Of a stretch of DNA of 64,000 nt, positions 11,178 to 24,385 are shown piece by piece. Every line of letters starts with the position of its first letter. Position 1 is the first letter of the stretch. The position numbers and the translations under genes are program-made. The notes under the pieces were generated by a model that did no database searches, was not told the DNA's origin, and was given only the letters and a program-made list of their open reading frames with translations. Source of the stretch: Balanoglossus misakiensis. Lineage: Eukaryota > Animalia > Hemichordata. The stretch spans positions 1,656,831-1,720,830 of the forward strand of contig CM082578.2 in NCBI GenBank assembly GCA_040954595.2. The letters run 5' to 3'.

Positions 11178-12261
11178 CGCAGTCTACATTTTCTCTTCTG
11201 TAACCCCTTAATTGGACCACAGTGGCCTTAGCACTATGTTTGTTTACTTGTCCCTGATTGGCATTGGCCTGAAGTCATTCTGTGCAAAATGATGGACATC
11301 TTGTGCAGACTTCACCAAAAGAGATCCTGGCCTTATAAAATACATATACCTCTTCTATGACAAGGGAATCCATTCAATTATTTGTACTTTAATCAAACAA
11401 TGACAACATTAGATGGTTATGTGACAACGGGGAACTTAATTTGTGGCATGCATGCACATTGTGACAATGGATAAATCCAATGTATTATAGTGTTCTGTAG
11501 AAGTTACTTTTCTGTGATTATTTCAGGAATGTGACTTGTTGTTTTATGAGCAAAGTGATGTTCTGTGGTGTTATGAAATAACTTCGGGGATAGAAACTTT
11601 CACTGACATTGTTTTGTATTCATAAGAAATTAATATATTGAATAGTATGTGAAGATGTTTGCAATTGCAGTTACTGAATATAATATGTATTTGTATGAAC
11701 TGGCATATGACTATTGTGTACATGTAATGGTGTGAAATGGCTAATGCACACTTTTGTGGACATATACTACGACCAAAGTGATTGTGCAGACCATTTCCAC
11801 AGCACAACAATTTTCTAAGAGTGGAATGCATTCTCAACTTTTAGCATGTTGTGCGACATGGAATGTGTCCAAAAAGTCACTGTGGCACTGATAACGAAAT
11901 TGCACATATTGTGCTGAACAGTGGAATTCTCCATGAAGACCAATAACATTAAGGAGTACTTGTATTTTGAAACCTCTGTGCTGTATTCATTTTATGAAGA
12001 GAAATTGTTGTAAACTGGGTTCCTAAATTGTTCAATTGCTGTAATATGATGAAATAGATCAATAAATCATAGCATGAAATAAAGGAGATTGAAGTGAGAT
12101 CAGAATTATTTCCACAAAGTGCAATAAGTGAACCATTACTGTTGTTAATACAAGAACTGTATTTGATTAATTCAATTGGGCAAATGAAACAGCACATTTG
12201 CACACCTACTAAAACATTAGCAATCTTGCACAAATAATGATACACTTGCAAGTGTTTGTAA

Positions 12262-13505
12262 AATTAAGTATGCACATAATTAATGAGATAAGCAGGTTTC
12301 ACAGATTACCCCAAAAGAAGGCTTTTCCTTTTAAAGCTATCCCTACAAATGGCAAGGCTGTACCTGCTCTGGATAGCAAGATAAAACAAAGTAGGTTAAA
12401 GGTCACCTGAGATCACCCGAAATGTGGGCAGAAAATGTTGACGCCATAGTTGTCCATGTCCAAGAAAAGTCAGACCTCTAGCACTAATGGTTAGCATGGA
12501 ATTAGGTATGCACATAATTAATGAGTTAGGCAGGTGTCACAGGTGACCCCAATATATCGCTTTTCATTATAGTCCAAACCCTCCGAACACTAACGCTCTA
12601 CCTGCTGTGGATACCAAGATATGCGAAAGTAGGTCAAAGGTTATCCAAGGCCACCCGAAATTTGGGCAAAAAAATTCGACCCAATACTCGTACAGATCCA
12701 ACAAACACCAGACCTGTAGCCCTGTTGGTTTGCCTGGAATTAGGTATGCACATAATTAATGAGTTAGGCAGGTGTCACAGGTGACCCTAAATTTTGGCTT
12801 CTTATTTTGGTACCATCCACCCAAACACCTAAGCTGTACCTGCTCTGGATGCCGCGATATGAGGAAGTAGGTCAAAGGTCACCCAAGGTCACCCAAAATG
12901 TGGGCAAAAACATTTGACCCCATAGTGGTACATATCCAACAAACACCAGACCTGTAGCCCCCTTGGTTCGCCTAGAATTAGGTATGCACATAATTAATGA
13001 GTTAGGCAGGAATCACAGGTGACCCTAAATTTTGGCTTCTTATTTTCATACCATCCACCCAAACACCTAAGCTGTACCTGCTGTAAATGCCGAGATATGA
13101 GGAAGTAGGTCAAAGGTCACCCAAGGTCACCCCAAATTTTGGGGGATAATTTGACCCCATACTGGTTCATGTCCAACAAAAATCAGACCTGTAGCCCTAT
13201 TGGTTTGCCTGGAATTAGGTATGCACATAATTAATGAGTTAGGCAGGTGTCACAGGTGACCCTTGAATTTGGCTTCTTATTTTGGTACCATCCACCCAAA
13301 CACCTAAGCTGTACCTGCTCTGGATGCCGAGATATGCGGAAGAAGGTCAAAGGTCACTCAAGGTCACCCCAAATTTCGGGGGATAATTTGACCCCATACT
13401 GGTCCATGTCTAACAAAAATCAGACCTGTAGCCCTATTGGTTTGCCTCGAATTAGGTATGCACATAATTAATGAGTTAGGCAGGTGTCACAGGTGACCCT
13501 TGAAT
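12262..13505. repeat. ~238-bp tandem array (5 units plus a partial) inside the Helentron
   Basis: AATTA(G/A)GTATGCACATAATTAATGAG recurs at about 12262, 12500, 12738, 12976, 13213 and 13450. Related units occur in the HINEs at 14.3-14.7 kb, 15.7 kb and 32.5-33.1 kb. Confidence 0.92.
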
Positions 13506-14168
13506 TAATTTGGCTTCTTTTTGTGGTCCTATGCTGCACACTGGCCGATAGGACTATTGCACCAACCAGAATTCTACAAAACGACTTGGCCATAGCTTAA
13601 CTATAGTGGAATACGTATAGGTATAGATTTCATAAAAAAATTAATATAAAAAAATCGGTCGATTTTTCATATTATTTTTTCCAGTTGGAACTGATTGTTG
13701 GAAGGTAGGCTAGCTGCACAATAAATTTGAAGCTGATCAGCCCAGCGGATGTTGAGATATTGGGCATAAATCTAAGATCCTAGGTGGCCATAGCTTAACT
13801 ATGGAAAGTATAGGCCTAAGGCTGGGTCCAATGGTCTTGAAAAATATGAAAAATAATGCTTTAAAAATCATCTCCTCAAAATCGGCAAAGACTTGAACAT
13901 TGAAATTTTGCATATAGGACCCTGGCCATATGGTCCACAAAGTTTGTTCAAAGAATTTTGATTCGTCATTTTTTATGCAAATGAGATCAATTTTAAACTT
14001 TCAATCCAAGATGGCTGCCAGGTCATGTGACCTGTTGCCATAGTTACATGATCAGAAAATTACTTGCTTTGAGATTTACCTATGAGCCAAATTTCAAGTC
14101 ATTGGGTGCAACGGTCTTCGAATAGCGGCTGTTTTTAAGAGTGGGAAGAAGAATAATAATAAAAAATT

Positions 14169-16839
14169 AAAGCTGCGAGCAGCATTGTCGGGCCCAAGCG
14201 CTGATCTTGAATTATATATGCACAGTATGAATGAGAAGAAACAGAATTTTCTATCGGATGTATTATCTCATGACATAACAAGGACGTGTGTATTTTTGCT
14301 GCTTAAATAGGGTGAAGTAGGTCAAAGGTCACCTGAGGTCACCCAACATTTGGGCAATTTTTTTTGACCCATACTGGTCCATGTCCTACAAAAACCAAAA
14401 CTCTAGCTCTATTGGTTCGCCTGTAATTAGGTATGTGCATATTTAATGAGGTCAGCAGGTGTCACAGGTGACCCAAAAATGTGGCTTTACATTTTGGTCC
14501 CATCCTACCAAATGCCATGGCTGTATCTGCTCTGGATGCTGAGATATGCGAAAGTAGGTCAAAGGTCACCAGAGGTCACCCAACATTTGGGCAAAAAATT
14601 TTGAACCCATACTGGTCTGTGTCCAACAAAAACCAAACCTCTAGCTCTATTGGTTCTCCTGTAATTAGCTATGCACATAATTAATGAGGTCAGCAGAGGT
14701 CAAAGGGGTCATGAAAAGTAGCAAAATATTTTGATCACACACTAATCCACATGCATCAAAAACCAAAAGTCTAGCCCTATAGGTTAGCCTGGAATTAGAT
14801 ATGCTGAAATAATAACGTGTGATATGTAGGTCAAAGGTCATGTGAAAAATCGCCAAAAAATTGTAACATATTTTAGTCACATGACGATTGATATCCATAA
14901 AAAGAATTTGCATGCTATCAATTTTTAAACTAGAAAAAGGAATTTCAATTTTTCACTGCTTTTTACAAAATCCAATATGGCCGCCATAATCTTCGACCAA
15001 TCACAATGCTCTTTGCAAACTTGATAGACATCAGTGTAGTGACCATACTCCCCGAATCTTGCGACTCAGTCATCGCCCGTTCTGGAGAAGAAGATTTTTG
15101 GAGTTTAACTATGGTTTTTCGAAAATCCAATATGGCCGCCATAATCTTCGACCAATCACAATGATCTTCGCAAACTTGATAGACATCAGTTAGGTGACCA
15201 CATACCCCAAACCCCGTGGCTCGGTTATCACCGGTTCTGGAGAAGAAGATTTTTGAAATTTAAGCCAGATTTCAGAAAAAAAATTGTAGCAAAAAAACTG
15301 CAACATTTACAGCAAAATATCCAATTACAAAAATGATGGGTAGAAGGTAGTCTACCTGCATGCCAAATTTGAAGTCGATCTGACTTGTAGTTTCTGAGAT
15401 CTGAGATTTGCATTTTTTCAGAAAATCCAATATGGCCGCCAGGTCACGTGACTAATTAAGTATTCACAAGTCACTGCACATCTACTCATAGACCTTGACC
15501 ACTGTAGCAAGTTTGAGCAGTGTACCTGCAGTAGTTTCAGAGATTTAGTTGGCCGAAGAATTGACACAAGAATAAAGAAAGAAAGAAAGAAAGAAAGCAA
15601 GCAAGCAAGAAAGAATTAAAGCTGCAAGCAGCATTGTCCGGGCCCAAGCTCTATTATCTGATCTGATGCTAATATAGTGTTAAGTAGGTCAAAGGTCACC
15701 CGAGGTCACCCAACATTTGGGCAAAATATTTTGACCCCATACTGGTCCATGTATAACAAAAACAAAACCTCTAGGTCTATTGGTTCATCATTAATTAGGT
15801 ATGCGCATATTTAATGAGGTCACCAGAGGTCAAAGGGGTCATGAAAAGTAGCAAAAATTTTTGATCACATACAAAACCACATACATCAAAAACCAAACTT
15901 ATAGCCCTATTGGTTAGCCTGGAATTAGATATGCAGAAAAATGATGCGTCAAAAGTAGGTCAAAGGTCATTGCCAAAATTACCAAAATATTTATAGCTTA
16001 TTCTTGTCATATGATGATTCATATCCATAAAAAGAATTTCTGTGCTATCAATTTTTAGGCTAGAAACGGAATTTTTACTTTTTAATCGTTGTTCACAAAA
16101 TCCAATATGGCCGCCAAAATCTTCGACCAATCACAATGATCTTAGCAAACTTGATAGACATCAGTGTAGTGACCATACTCCCCAAATCTTGTGACTTGGT
16201 TATCGCTGGTTCTTGGGAAGAAGATTTTTGAAATTTTACTAGGGTTTTTCGAAAATCCAATATGGCCGCCATAATCTTCGACCAATCACAATGATCTTCG
16301 CAAACTTGATAGACCTCAGTTTGGTGACCACATACCCCAAACCCAGTGTCTCGGTTATCACCGGTTCTGGAGAAGAAGATTTTTGAAATTTAAGCCAGAT
16401 TTCAGAAAAAAAATTGTAGCAAAAAAACTGCAACTTTGTCAGCATAATTTCCAATTACAAAAATGATGGGCAGAAGGTAGTCTACCTGCACGCCAAATTT
16501 GAAGTCGATCTGACTTGTAGTTTCTGAGATCTGAGATTTGCATATTTTCAGAAAATCCAAGATGGCTGCCAGGTCATGTGACTAATTAGAAATTCAAGGG
16601 TTCAATGCACGACTTCTCATTGACCTTGACCACTGTAGCAAGTTTCAGAAGTGTACCTGCAGTGGTGTCTGAGATCTAGAGCGACAAAGAATTGACACAA
16701 GAATAAAGAAAGAAAGAAAGAAAGAAGAAAGAAAAACCCCAACGAAACCAATAGGGCCCAAGCGCTGGCTTGCGCTTGGGCCCTAAAAATTCCAACGAAA
16801 CCAATAGGGCCCAAGCGCTTGCGTGCGCTTGGGCCCTAA
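14169..16839 (-). mobile_element. Non-autonomous Helentron derivative (HINE/DINE-like) #1, containing #2
   Basis: One end has the small hairpin GCTGC-ga-GCAGC plus subterminal GGGCCCAAGCGC. The other end has a (GAAA)n tract and a 14-bp hairpin TAGGGCCCAAGCGC..GCGCTTGGGCCCTA at 16805-16838. Strand follows the DINE-1 convention. Confidence 0.82.
15618..16786 (-). mobile_element. Non-autonomous Helentron derivative (HINE) #2, nested in #1
   Basis: Starts AAAGCTGCAAGCAGCATTGTCCGGGCCCAAGC and ends in the hairpin at 16752-16785. Body is homologous to 14169-15617. Confidence 0.85.
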
Positions 16840-16900
16840 CAACACGATTTCAAGAGGGTTTCGAGACCAGAGGGTCTCGAAACCCTAATAAAGAATTATA

Positions 16901-19900
16901 TAATTAAATAAAGAATTATATAAAAATAATAATTTTAATAATAATAGGTCCGATTTCCACAAAAAATTCACCATAGGGGTATCTTGGCTCAATAAGAACA
17001 AAAATGATATCCGTTTAGTGATCACATGTTTCTATGGCAACCATTTTTGGGCTGAAATTATGCTTTTTGTGCTAAGAGAGGGTATCACAAGTCAATTTAC
17101 ATAATAATTGGTTGGATTTGAACACAAAATCACACTGGCAGTATTTTTGTTCACAAAGAAAACATTTGGGGTTTATTTTCCGAATGCACAATAATAAGTT
17201 GGTGAAATTTGGCTTTTCTTTCAAGACAGAGGAACTGCGCATGTGCAGAAAAACTGGCAATGCAGCCTGCCGATTTCCACAGTGTAACTACAAAAAAATT
17301 CCAGACTGTCGACCAGTTTTAAAACATAAATTCATTGGTATTGCATAAACGTTTACCGTCTATTTGTTGTTGTATGACATGGGTTATTGAATGAAGGCAG
17401 TTACAGGACACACTCGTAGAAGTACACTGTTTGAGTATTGACGGCGAGTCTGTGTTAAATTTGGCAGTTCAGCGTGACTTCAACACTAAATAGACAACTA
17501 GAAGAAAAGTCTGCAAACTTCTAAATTTCTGGAAATGTTTTATTTGGTATTGTTATGAAATAATTTTCGTCTATGAAGAATCAAATCTCAGCGACGCACG
17601 ATAGCTTCTGATGAATGCGAAGACCTGTTAGCTGACACGCAAATACAGCCAAAACATAAAATTCAACATTGAAAACGGAACCGCGAGATGCCTCGTGTGT
17701 CTGTCATGTCACCTCGTCTGAGAAAACAATAAAATTCCCGAGAAATAATAACACGAAATCCAAAATATCGTGATAACATTTCTTCATTTCTCTGATTCTA
17801 TTTGGCTGCCTTGTATTGTAAACATTGCGTCCGTTTGACACCGACACAAACGTAGCATAACTCAGAGGTCAATACTTTGATTAAAAACAATAATTTTAAC
17901 ACTAACCTTCCTGTTCCACGATATCTGCGGTTTATATGGCGCTCAAATCTCATGATATGTGCAATTCTAAAGCCAACTGGGGTATTATTCCTGTCGTTTT
18001 AGCCACGAAAACTGGGCAGACGACACAACGCGAAACAGCTCGTTCACACTCAGTTGACATCGCGTGATTCCACAGCGCGCGCAAACATACGAAAAATTGC
18101 TACAATGTTGTACGTAAATAAACTCGGTCTCCAACTCGTGTTGGGTTTCGAGCGAAGTTTTGTACCTCAGATCTGTCGTACACACGCCACCAGACTCACC
18201 GGGTAACAAGGTTTTAAATAGTGTTTAACAATACCCGAGGTCTTTTTGTGAATATTAGGTAGAAAATCTCCAACCGAACGCGTTGAAACGTCGTCTGCAA
18301 TTTTAGATACATAGGCCACTTTGAAAAATGTTGTCTTTATGAATCTGAAGTATCACGAATGATTGTACAGAAAATCCACCCGTGCTTATTAAATTGATAG
18401 ATTGTTTATATAATTCTTTAAACCCCTTAACTGGTAATAATAATTAAATAAAGAATTATATAAAAATAATAATTTTAATAATAATAGGACCGATTTCCAC
18501 AAAAAATTCACCATAGGGGTTTCTTGGCTCAATAAGAACAAAAATGATATCCGTTTAGTGATCACATGTTTCTATGGCAACCATTTTGGGGCTGAAATTA
18601 TGCTTTTTGTGCTAAGAGAGGGTATCACAAGTCAATTTACATAATAATTGGTTGGATTTGAACACAAAATCACACTGGCAGTATTTTTGTTCACAAAGAA
18701 AATATTTGGGGTTTATTTTCCGAATGCACAATAATAAGTTGGTGAAATTTGACTTTTCTTTCAAGACAGAGGAACTGCGCATGTGCAGAAAAACTGGCAA
18801 TGCTGCCTGCCGATTTCCACAGTGTAACTACAAAAAAATACAAGATACAATAGTATCGTTAAGGAATCCAATCAATCGATTGTTCATGCATTTCCAGACT
18901 GTCGACCAGTTTTAAAACATAAATTCATTGGTATTGCATAAACGTTTACCGTCTATTTGTTGTTGTATGACATGGGTTATTGAAGGAAGGCAGTTACAGG
19001 ACACACTCGTAGAAGTACACTGTTTGAGTATTGACAGCGAGTCTGTGTTAAATTTGGCAGTTCAGCGTGACTTCAACACTAAATAGACAACTAGCAGAAA
19101 AGTCTGCAAACTTCTAAATTTCTGGAAATGTTTTATTTGGTATGGTTATGAAATAATTTTCGTCTATGAAGAATCAAATCTCAGCGACGCACGATAGCTT
19201 CTGATGAATGCGAAGACCTGTCAGCTGACACGCAAATACAGCCAAAACATAAAATTCAACATTGAAAACGGAACCGCGAGATGCCTCGTGTGTCTGTCCT
19301 GTCACCTCGTCTGAGAAAACAATAAAATTCCCGAGAAATAATAACACGAAATCCAAAGTATCGTGATAACATTTCTTCATTTCTCTGATTCTATTTGGCT
19401 GCCTTGTACATTGTAAACATTGCGTCCGTTTGACACCGACACAAACGTAGCATAACTCAGAGGTCAATCCTTTGATTAAAAACAATAATTTTAACACTAA
19501 CCTTCCTGTTCCACGATATCTGCGGTTTCTATGGCGCTCAAATCTCATGATATGTGCAATTCTAAAGCCAACTGGGGTATTATTCCTGTCGTTTTAGCCA
19601 CGAAAACTGGGCAGACGACACGACGCGAAACAGCTCGTTCACACTCAGTTGACATCACGTGATTTCAGAGCGCGCGCAACCATACGAAAAATTGCTACAA
19701 TGTTGTACGTAAATAAACTCGGTCTCCAACTCGTGTTGGGTTTCGAGCGAAGTTTTGTACAGTCTCAGATCTGTCGTACACACGCCACCAGACTCACTGG
19801 GTAACAAGGTTTTAAATAGTGTTTAACAATACCCGAGGTCTTTTTGTGAATATTAGGTAGAAAATCTCCAACCGAAAGCGTTGAAACGTCGTCTGCAATT

Positions 19901-22900
19901 TTAGATACATAGGCCACTTTGAAAAATGTTGTCTTTATGAATCTGAAGTATCACGAATGATTGTACAGGAAATCCACCCGTGCTTATTAAATTGATAGAT
20001 TGTTTATATAATTCTTTAAACCCCTTAACTGGTAATAATAATAATAATAATAATTAAATAAAGAATTATATAAAAATAATAATTTTAATAATAATAGGTC
20101 CGATTTCCACAAAAAATTCACCATAGGGGTATCTTGGCTCAATAAGAACAAAAATGATATCCGTTTAGTGATCACATGTTTCTATGGCAACCATTTTTGG
20201 GCTGAAATTATGCTTTTTGTGCTAAGAGAGGGTATCACAAGTCAATTTACATAATAATTGGTTGGATTTGAACACAAAATCACACTGGCAGTATTTTTGT
20301 TCACAAAGAAAATATTTGGGGTTTATTTTCCGAATGCACAATAATAAGTTGGTGAAATTTGACTTTTCTTTCAAGACAGAGGAACTGCGCATGTGCAGAA
20401 AAACTGGCAATGCTGCCTGCCGATTTCCACAGTGTAACTACAAAAAAATACAAGATACAATAGTATCGTTAAGGAATCCAATCAATCGATTGTTCATGCA
20501 TTTCCAGACTGTCGACCAGTTTTAAAACATAAATTCATTGGTATTGCATAAACGTTTACCGTCTATTTGTTGTTGTATGACATGGGTTATTGAAGGAAGG
20601 CAGTTACAGGACACACTCGTAGAAGTACACTGTTTGAGTATTGACAGCGAGTCTGTGTTAAATTTGGCAGTTCAGCGTGACTTCAACACTAAATAGACAA
20701 CTAGCAGAAAAGTCTGCAAACTTCTAAATTTCTGGAAATGTTTTATTTGGTATGGTTATGAAATAATTTTCGTCTATGAAGAATCAAATCTCAGCGACGC
20801 ACGATAGCTTCTGATGAATGCGAAGACCTGTCAGCTGACACGCAAATACAGCCAAAACATAAAATTCAACATTGAAAACGGAACCGCGAGATGCCTCGTG
20901 TGTCTGTCCTGTCACCTCGTCTGAGAAAACAATAAAATTCCCGAGAAATAATAACACGAAATCCAAAGTATCGTGATAACATTTCTTCATTTCTCTGATT
21001 CTATTTGGCTGCCTTGTACATTGTAAACATTGCGTCCGTTTGACACCGACACAAACGTAGCATAACTCAGAGGTCAATCCTTTGATTAAAAACAATAATT
21101 TTAACACTAACCTTCCTGTTCCACGATATCTGCGGTTTCTATGGCGCTCAAATCTCATGATATGTGCAATTCTAAAGCCAACTGGGGTATTATTCCTGTC
21201 GTTTTAGCCACGAAAACTGGGCAGACGACACGACGCGAAACAGCTCGTTCACACTCAGTTGACATCGCGTGATTTCAGAGCGCGCGCAACCATACGAAAA
21301 ATTGCTACAATGTTGTACGTAAATAAACTCGGTCTCCAACTCGTGTTGGGTTTCGAGCGAAGTTTTGTACAGTCTCAGATCTGTCGTACACACGCCACCA
21401 GACTCACTGGGTAACAAGGTTTTAAATAGTGTTTAACAATACCCGAGGTCTTTTTGTGAATATTAGGTAGAAAATCTCCAACCGAAAGCGTTGAAACGTC
21501 GTCTGCAATTTTAGATACATAGGCCACTTTGAAAAATGTTGTCTTTATGAATCTGAAGTATCACGAATGATTGTACAGGAAATCCACCCGTGCTTATTAA
21601 ATTGATAGATTGTTTATATAATTCTTTAAACCCCTTAACTGGTAATAATAATAATAATAATAATTAAATAAAGAATTATATAAAAATAATAATTTTAATA
21701 ATAATAGGTCCGATTTCCACAAAAAATTCACCATAGGGGTATCTTGGCTCAATAAGAACAAAAATGATATCCGTTTAGTGATCACATGTTTCTATGGCAA
21801 CCATTTTTGGGCTGAAATTATGCTTTTTGTGCTAAGAGAGGGTATCACAAGTCAATTTACATAATAATTGGTTGGATTTGAACACAAAATCACACTGGCA
21901 GTATTTTTGTTCACAAAGAAAACATTTGGGGTTTATTTTCCGAATGCACAATAATAAGTTGGTGAAATTTGGCTTTTCTTTCAAGACAGAGGAACTGCGC
22001 ATGTGCAGAAAAACTGGCAATGCAGCCTGCCGATTTCCACAGTGTAACTACAAAAAAATTCCAGACTGTCGACCAGTTTTAAAACATAAATTCATTGGTA
22101 TTGCATAAACGTTTACCGTCTATTTGTTGTTGTATGACATGGGTTATTGAATGAAGGCAGTTACAGGACACACTCGTAGAAGTACACTGTTTGAGTATTG
22201 ACGGCGAGTCTGTGTTAAATTTGGCAGTTCAGCGTGACTTCAACACTAAATAGACAACTAGAAGAAAAGTCTGCAAACTTCTAAATTTCTGGAAATGTTT
22301 TATTTGGTATTGTTATGAAATAATTTTCGTCTATGAAGAATCAAATCTCAGCGACGCACGATAGCTTCTGATGAATGCGAAGACCTGTTAGCTGACACGC
22401 AAATACAGCCAAAACATAAAATTCAACATTGAAAACGGAACCGCGAGATGCCTCGTGTGTCTGTCATGTCACCTCGTCTGAGAAAACAATAAAATTCCCG
22501 AGAAATAATAACACGAAATCCAAAATATCGTGATAACATTTCTTCATTTCTCTGATTCTATTTGGCTGCCTTGTATTGTAAACATTGCGTCCGTTTGACA
22601 CCGACACAAACGTAGCATAACTCAGAGGTCAATACTTTGATTAAAAACAATAATTTTAACACTAACCTTCCTGTTCCACGATATCTGCGGTTTATATGGC
22701 GCTCAAATCTCATGATATGTGCAATTCTAAAGCCAACTGGGGTATTATTCCTGTCGTTTTAGCCACGAAAACTGGGCAGACGACACAACGCGAAACAGCT
22801 CGTTCACACTCAGTTGACATCGCGTGATTCCACAGCGCGCGCAAACATACGAAAAATTGCTACAATGTTGTACGTAAATAAACTCGGTCTCCAACTATTA

Positions 22901-23198
22901 ACTCGTGTTGGGTTTCGAGCGAAGTTTTGTACCTCAGATCTGTCGTACACACGCCACCAGACTCACCGGGTAACAAGGTTTTAAATAGTGTTTAACAATA
23001 CCCGAGGTCTTTTTGTGAATATTAGGTAGAAAATCTCCAACCGAACGCGTTGAAACGTCGTCTGCAATTTTAGATACATAGGCCACTTTGAAAAATGTTG
23101 TCTTTATGAATCTGAAGTATCACGAATGATTGTACAGGAAATCCACCCGTGCTTATTAAATTGATAGATTGTTTATATAATTCTTTAAACCCCTTAAC

Positions 23199-23239
<41 letters not shown>

Positions 23240-23343
23240 CAATTAAATAAAGAATTATATAAAAATAAAAATTTTAATATCAATAGGTACGATTTCCACA
23301 AAAATTTCACCATATGGTATTGTGGCTAAAAAAGAACAAAAAA
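16901..23343. repeat. Tandem array of four ~1.54-1.61-kb units plus a diverged partial fifth
   Basis: Units start at about 16901, 18441, 20051, 21661 and 23240 and give near-identical spurious ORFs. Each has a short inverted repeat TAAAGAATTATATAAA / TTTATATAATTCTTTA near its ends and an (AAT)n junction. Confidence 0.95.
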
Positions 23344-23631
23344 CAGTATAGAAAACATTTTCCAATTTCCGAAAAGTAGCCGTTTTTTAAACTTTTTTCA
23401 AGGAAATTAGTGTTTTGTTCACAGTACAATATATTTCGATATTTTTCTATGATTATTTTCAAGATGTTTGCGAGTGTGCAGAAAGAAAAGAATAAACTGT
23501 GAAATTTCCATAGAAATAATGATGGAGCCATCTTTGGGTTGTATGGATTTGAATATTTCATTGAAAAAAACTAATAATTAAATTATGAATTCAATTAATA
23601 GTACAATTTGCAAAAATTGCTAGTCACTCCA

Positions 23632-23996
23632 GAAGGGTCAGTGTCTGGAAATTTCCAGACACTCAGGGAATGTGAGAGCCTGGCAATTTCCAAGCACTGA
23701 CAAGGGTCAGTGGTCGGAAATTTCCGGACACTCAGGGAATGTGAGAGCCTGGAAATTTCCAAGCACTGACAAGGGTCAGTGGTCGGAAATTTCCGGACAC
23801 TCAGGGAATGTGAGAGCCTGGAAATTTCCAAGCACTGACAAGGGTCAGTGGTCGGAAATTTCCAGACACTCAGGGAATGTGAGAGCTTAGAAATTTCCAA
23901 GCACTGACAAGGGTCAGTGGTCGGAAATTTCCAGACACTCGGGGAATGTGAGAGCCTGGAAATTTCCAAGCATTGACAGGGTCAGTGCTTGGAAAT
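23632..23996 (-). repeat. 69-bp tandem array, left arm (~5 units)
   Basis: 23-aa periodic spurious ORF; two GGAAATTTCC palindromes per unit. Confidence 0.93.
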
Positions 23997-24017
23997 CTTG
24001 AGTTTTTCTATCATGTT

Positions 24018-24385
24018 TCAAATTATGGCCTTTAGGAAAACGATCTGTTGAGGAACTGCGCCTGTGTTTATATCTTCAACCCTACGGATGAGATTGGTCA
24101 TTTGACTGCGGTGGCCTCTTCTGCTGTTCTTCTCTCTCTCTCCATGCCCGACATCCTGGTCTCGGCACCAACAAATGTACCGCGTACACTTGGGAATAGG
24201 TTCGGAATGAAGAGAGAGGGGCGGGATGGCCAATACTTCTTTATAAACAGTGGTTTGAACTGTGACATTTGGTAACACTGCATAATTCAAGAACAATAGC
24301 ATTTGGTACTTGTGAAGTTGTGACTTTGTATACAGAGTAGAAAGAACAATTATGTCAGATAAACAATACCAATTCCCAATAAACA
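24018..24385 (-). mobile_element. 5' fragment of a second Bel/Pao family (short LTR, PBS, frameshifted gag start)
   Basis: The minus strand has the same 18-nt PBS (24153-24170) 5 nt after a TG...CA segment (24385-24176). The following RRGHRSQMTNLIRRVE resembles RRTVCRSQLTKAFNKAE in the intact gag. Confidence 0.75.

Larger units (their letters stand above)
1..16888. mobile_element. Helentron (endonuclease-bearing Helitron); left end lies outside the window
   Basis: Helicase-endonuclease fusion, internal 238-bp tandem array, and terminal 14-bp hairpin AGGGTTTCGAGACC-agag-GGTCTCGAAACCCT at 16855-16886. Linking this end to the ORF is inferred. Confidence 0.7.

Noticed and set aside
9280-12260. 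Second gene (OTU, RPA or captured exons) in the Helentron 3' region
   Set aside because: No recognisable domain or consistent exon chain found by eye.
17072-22108. Repeated short ORFs in the 1.6-kb units as a gene family
   Set aside because: No recognisable domains, non-ATG starts, and frames broken by indels between units.
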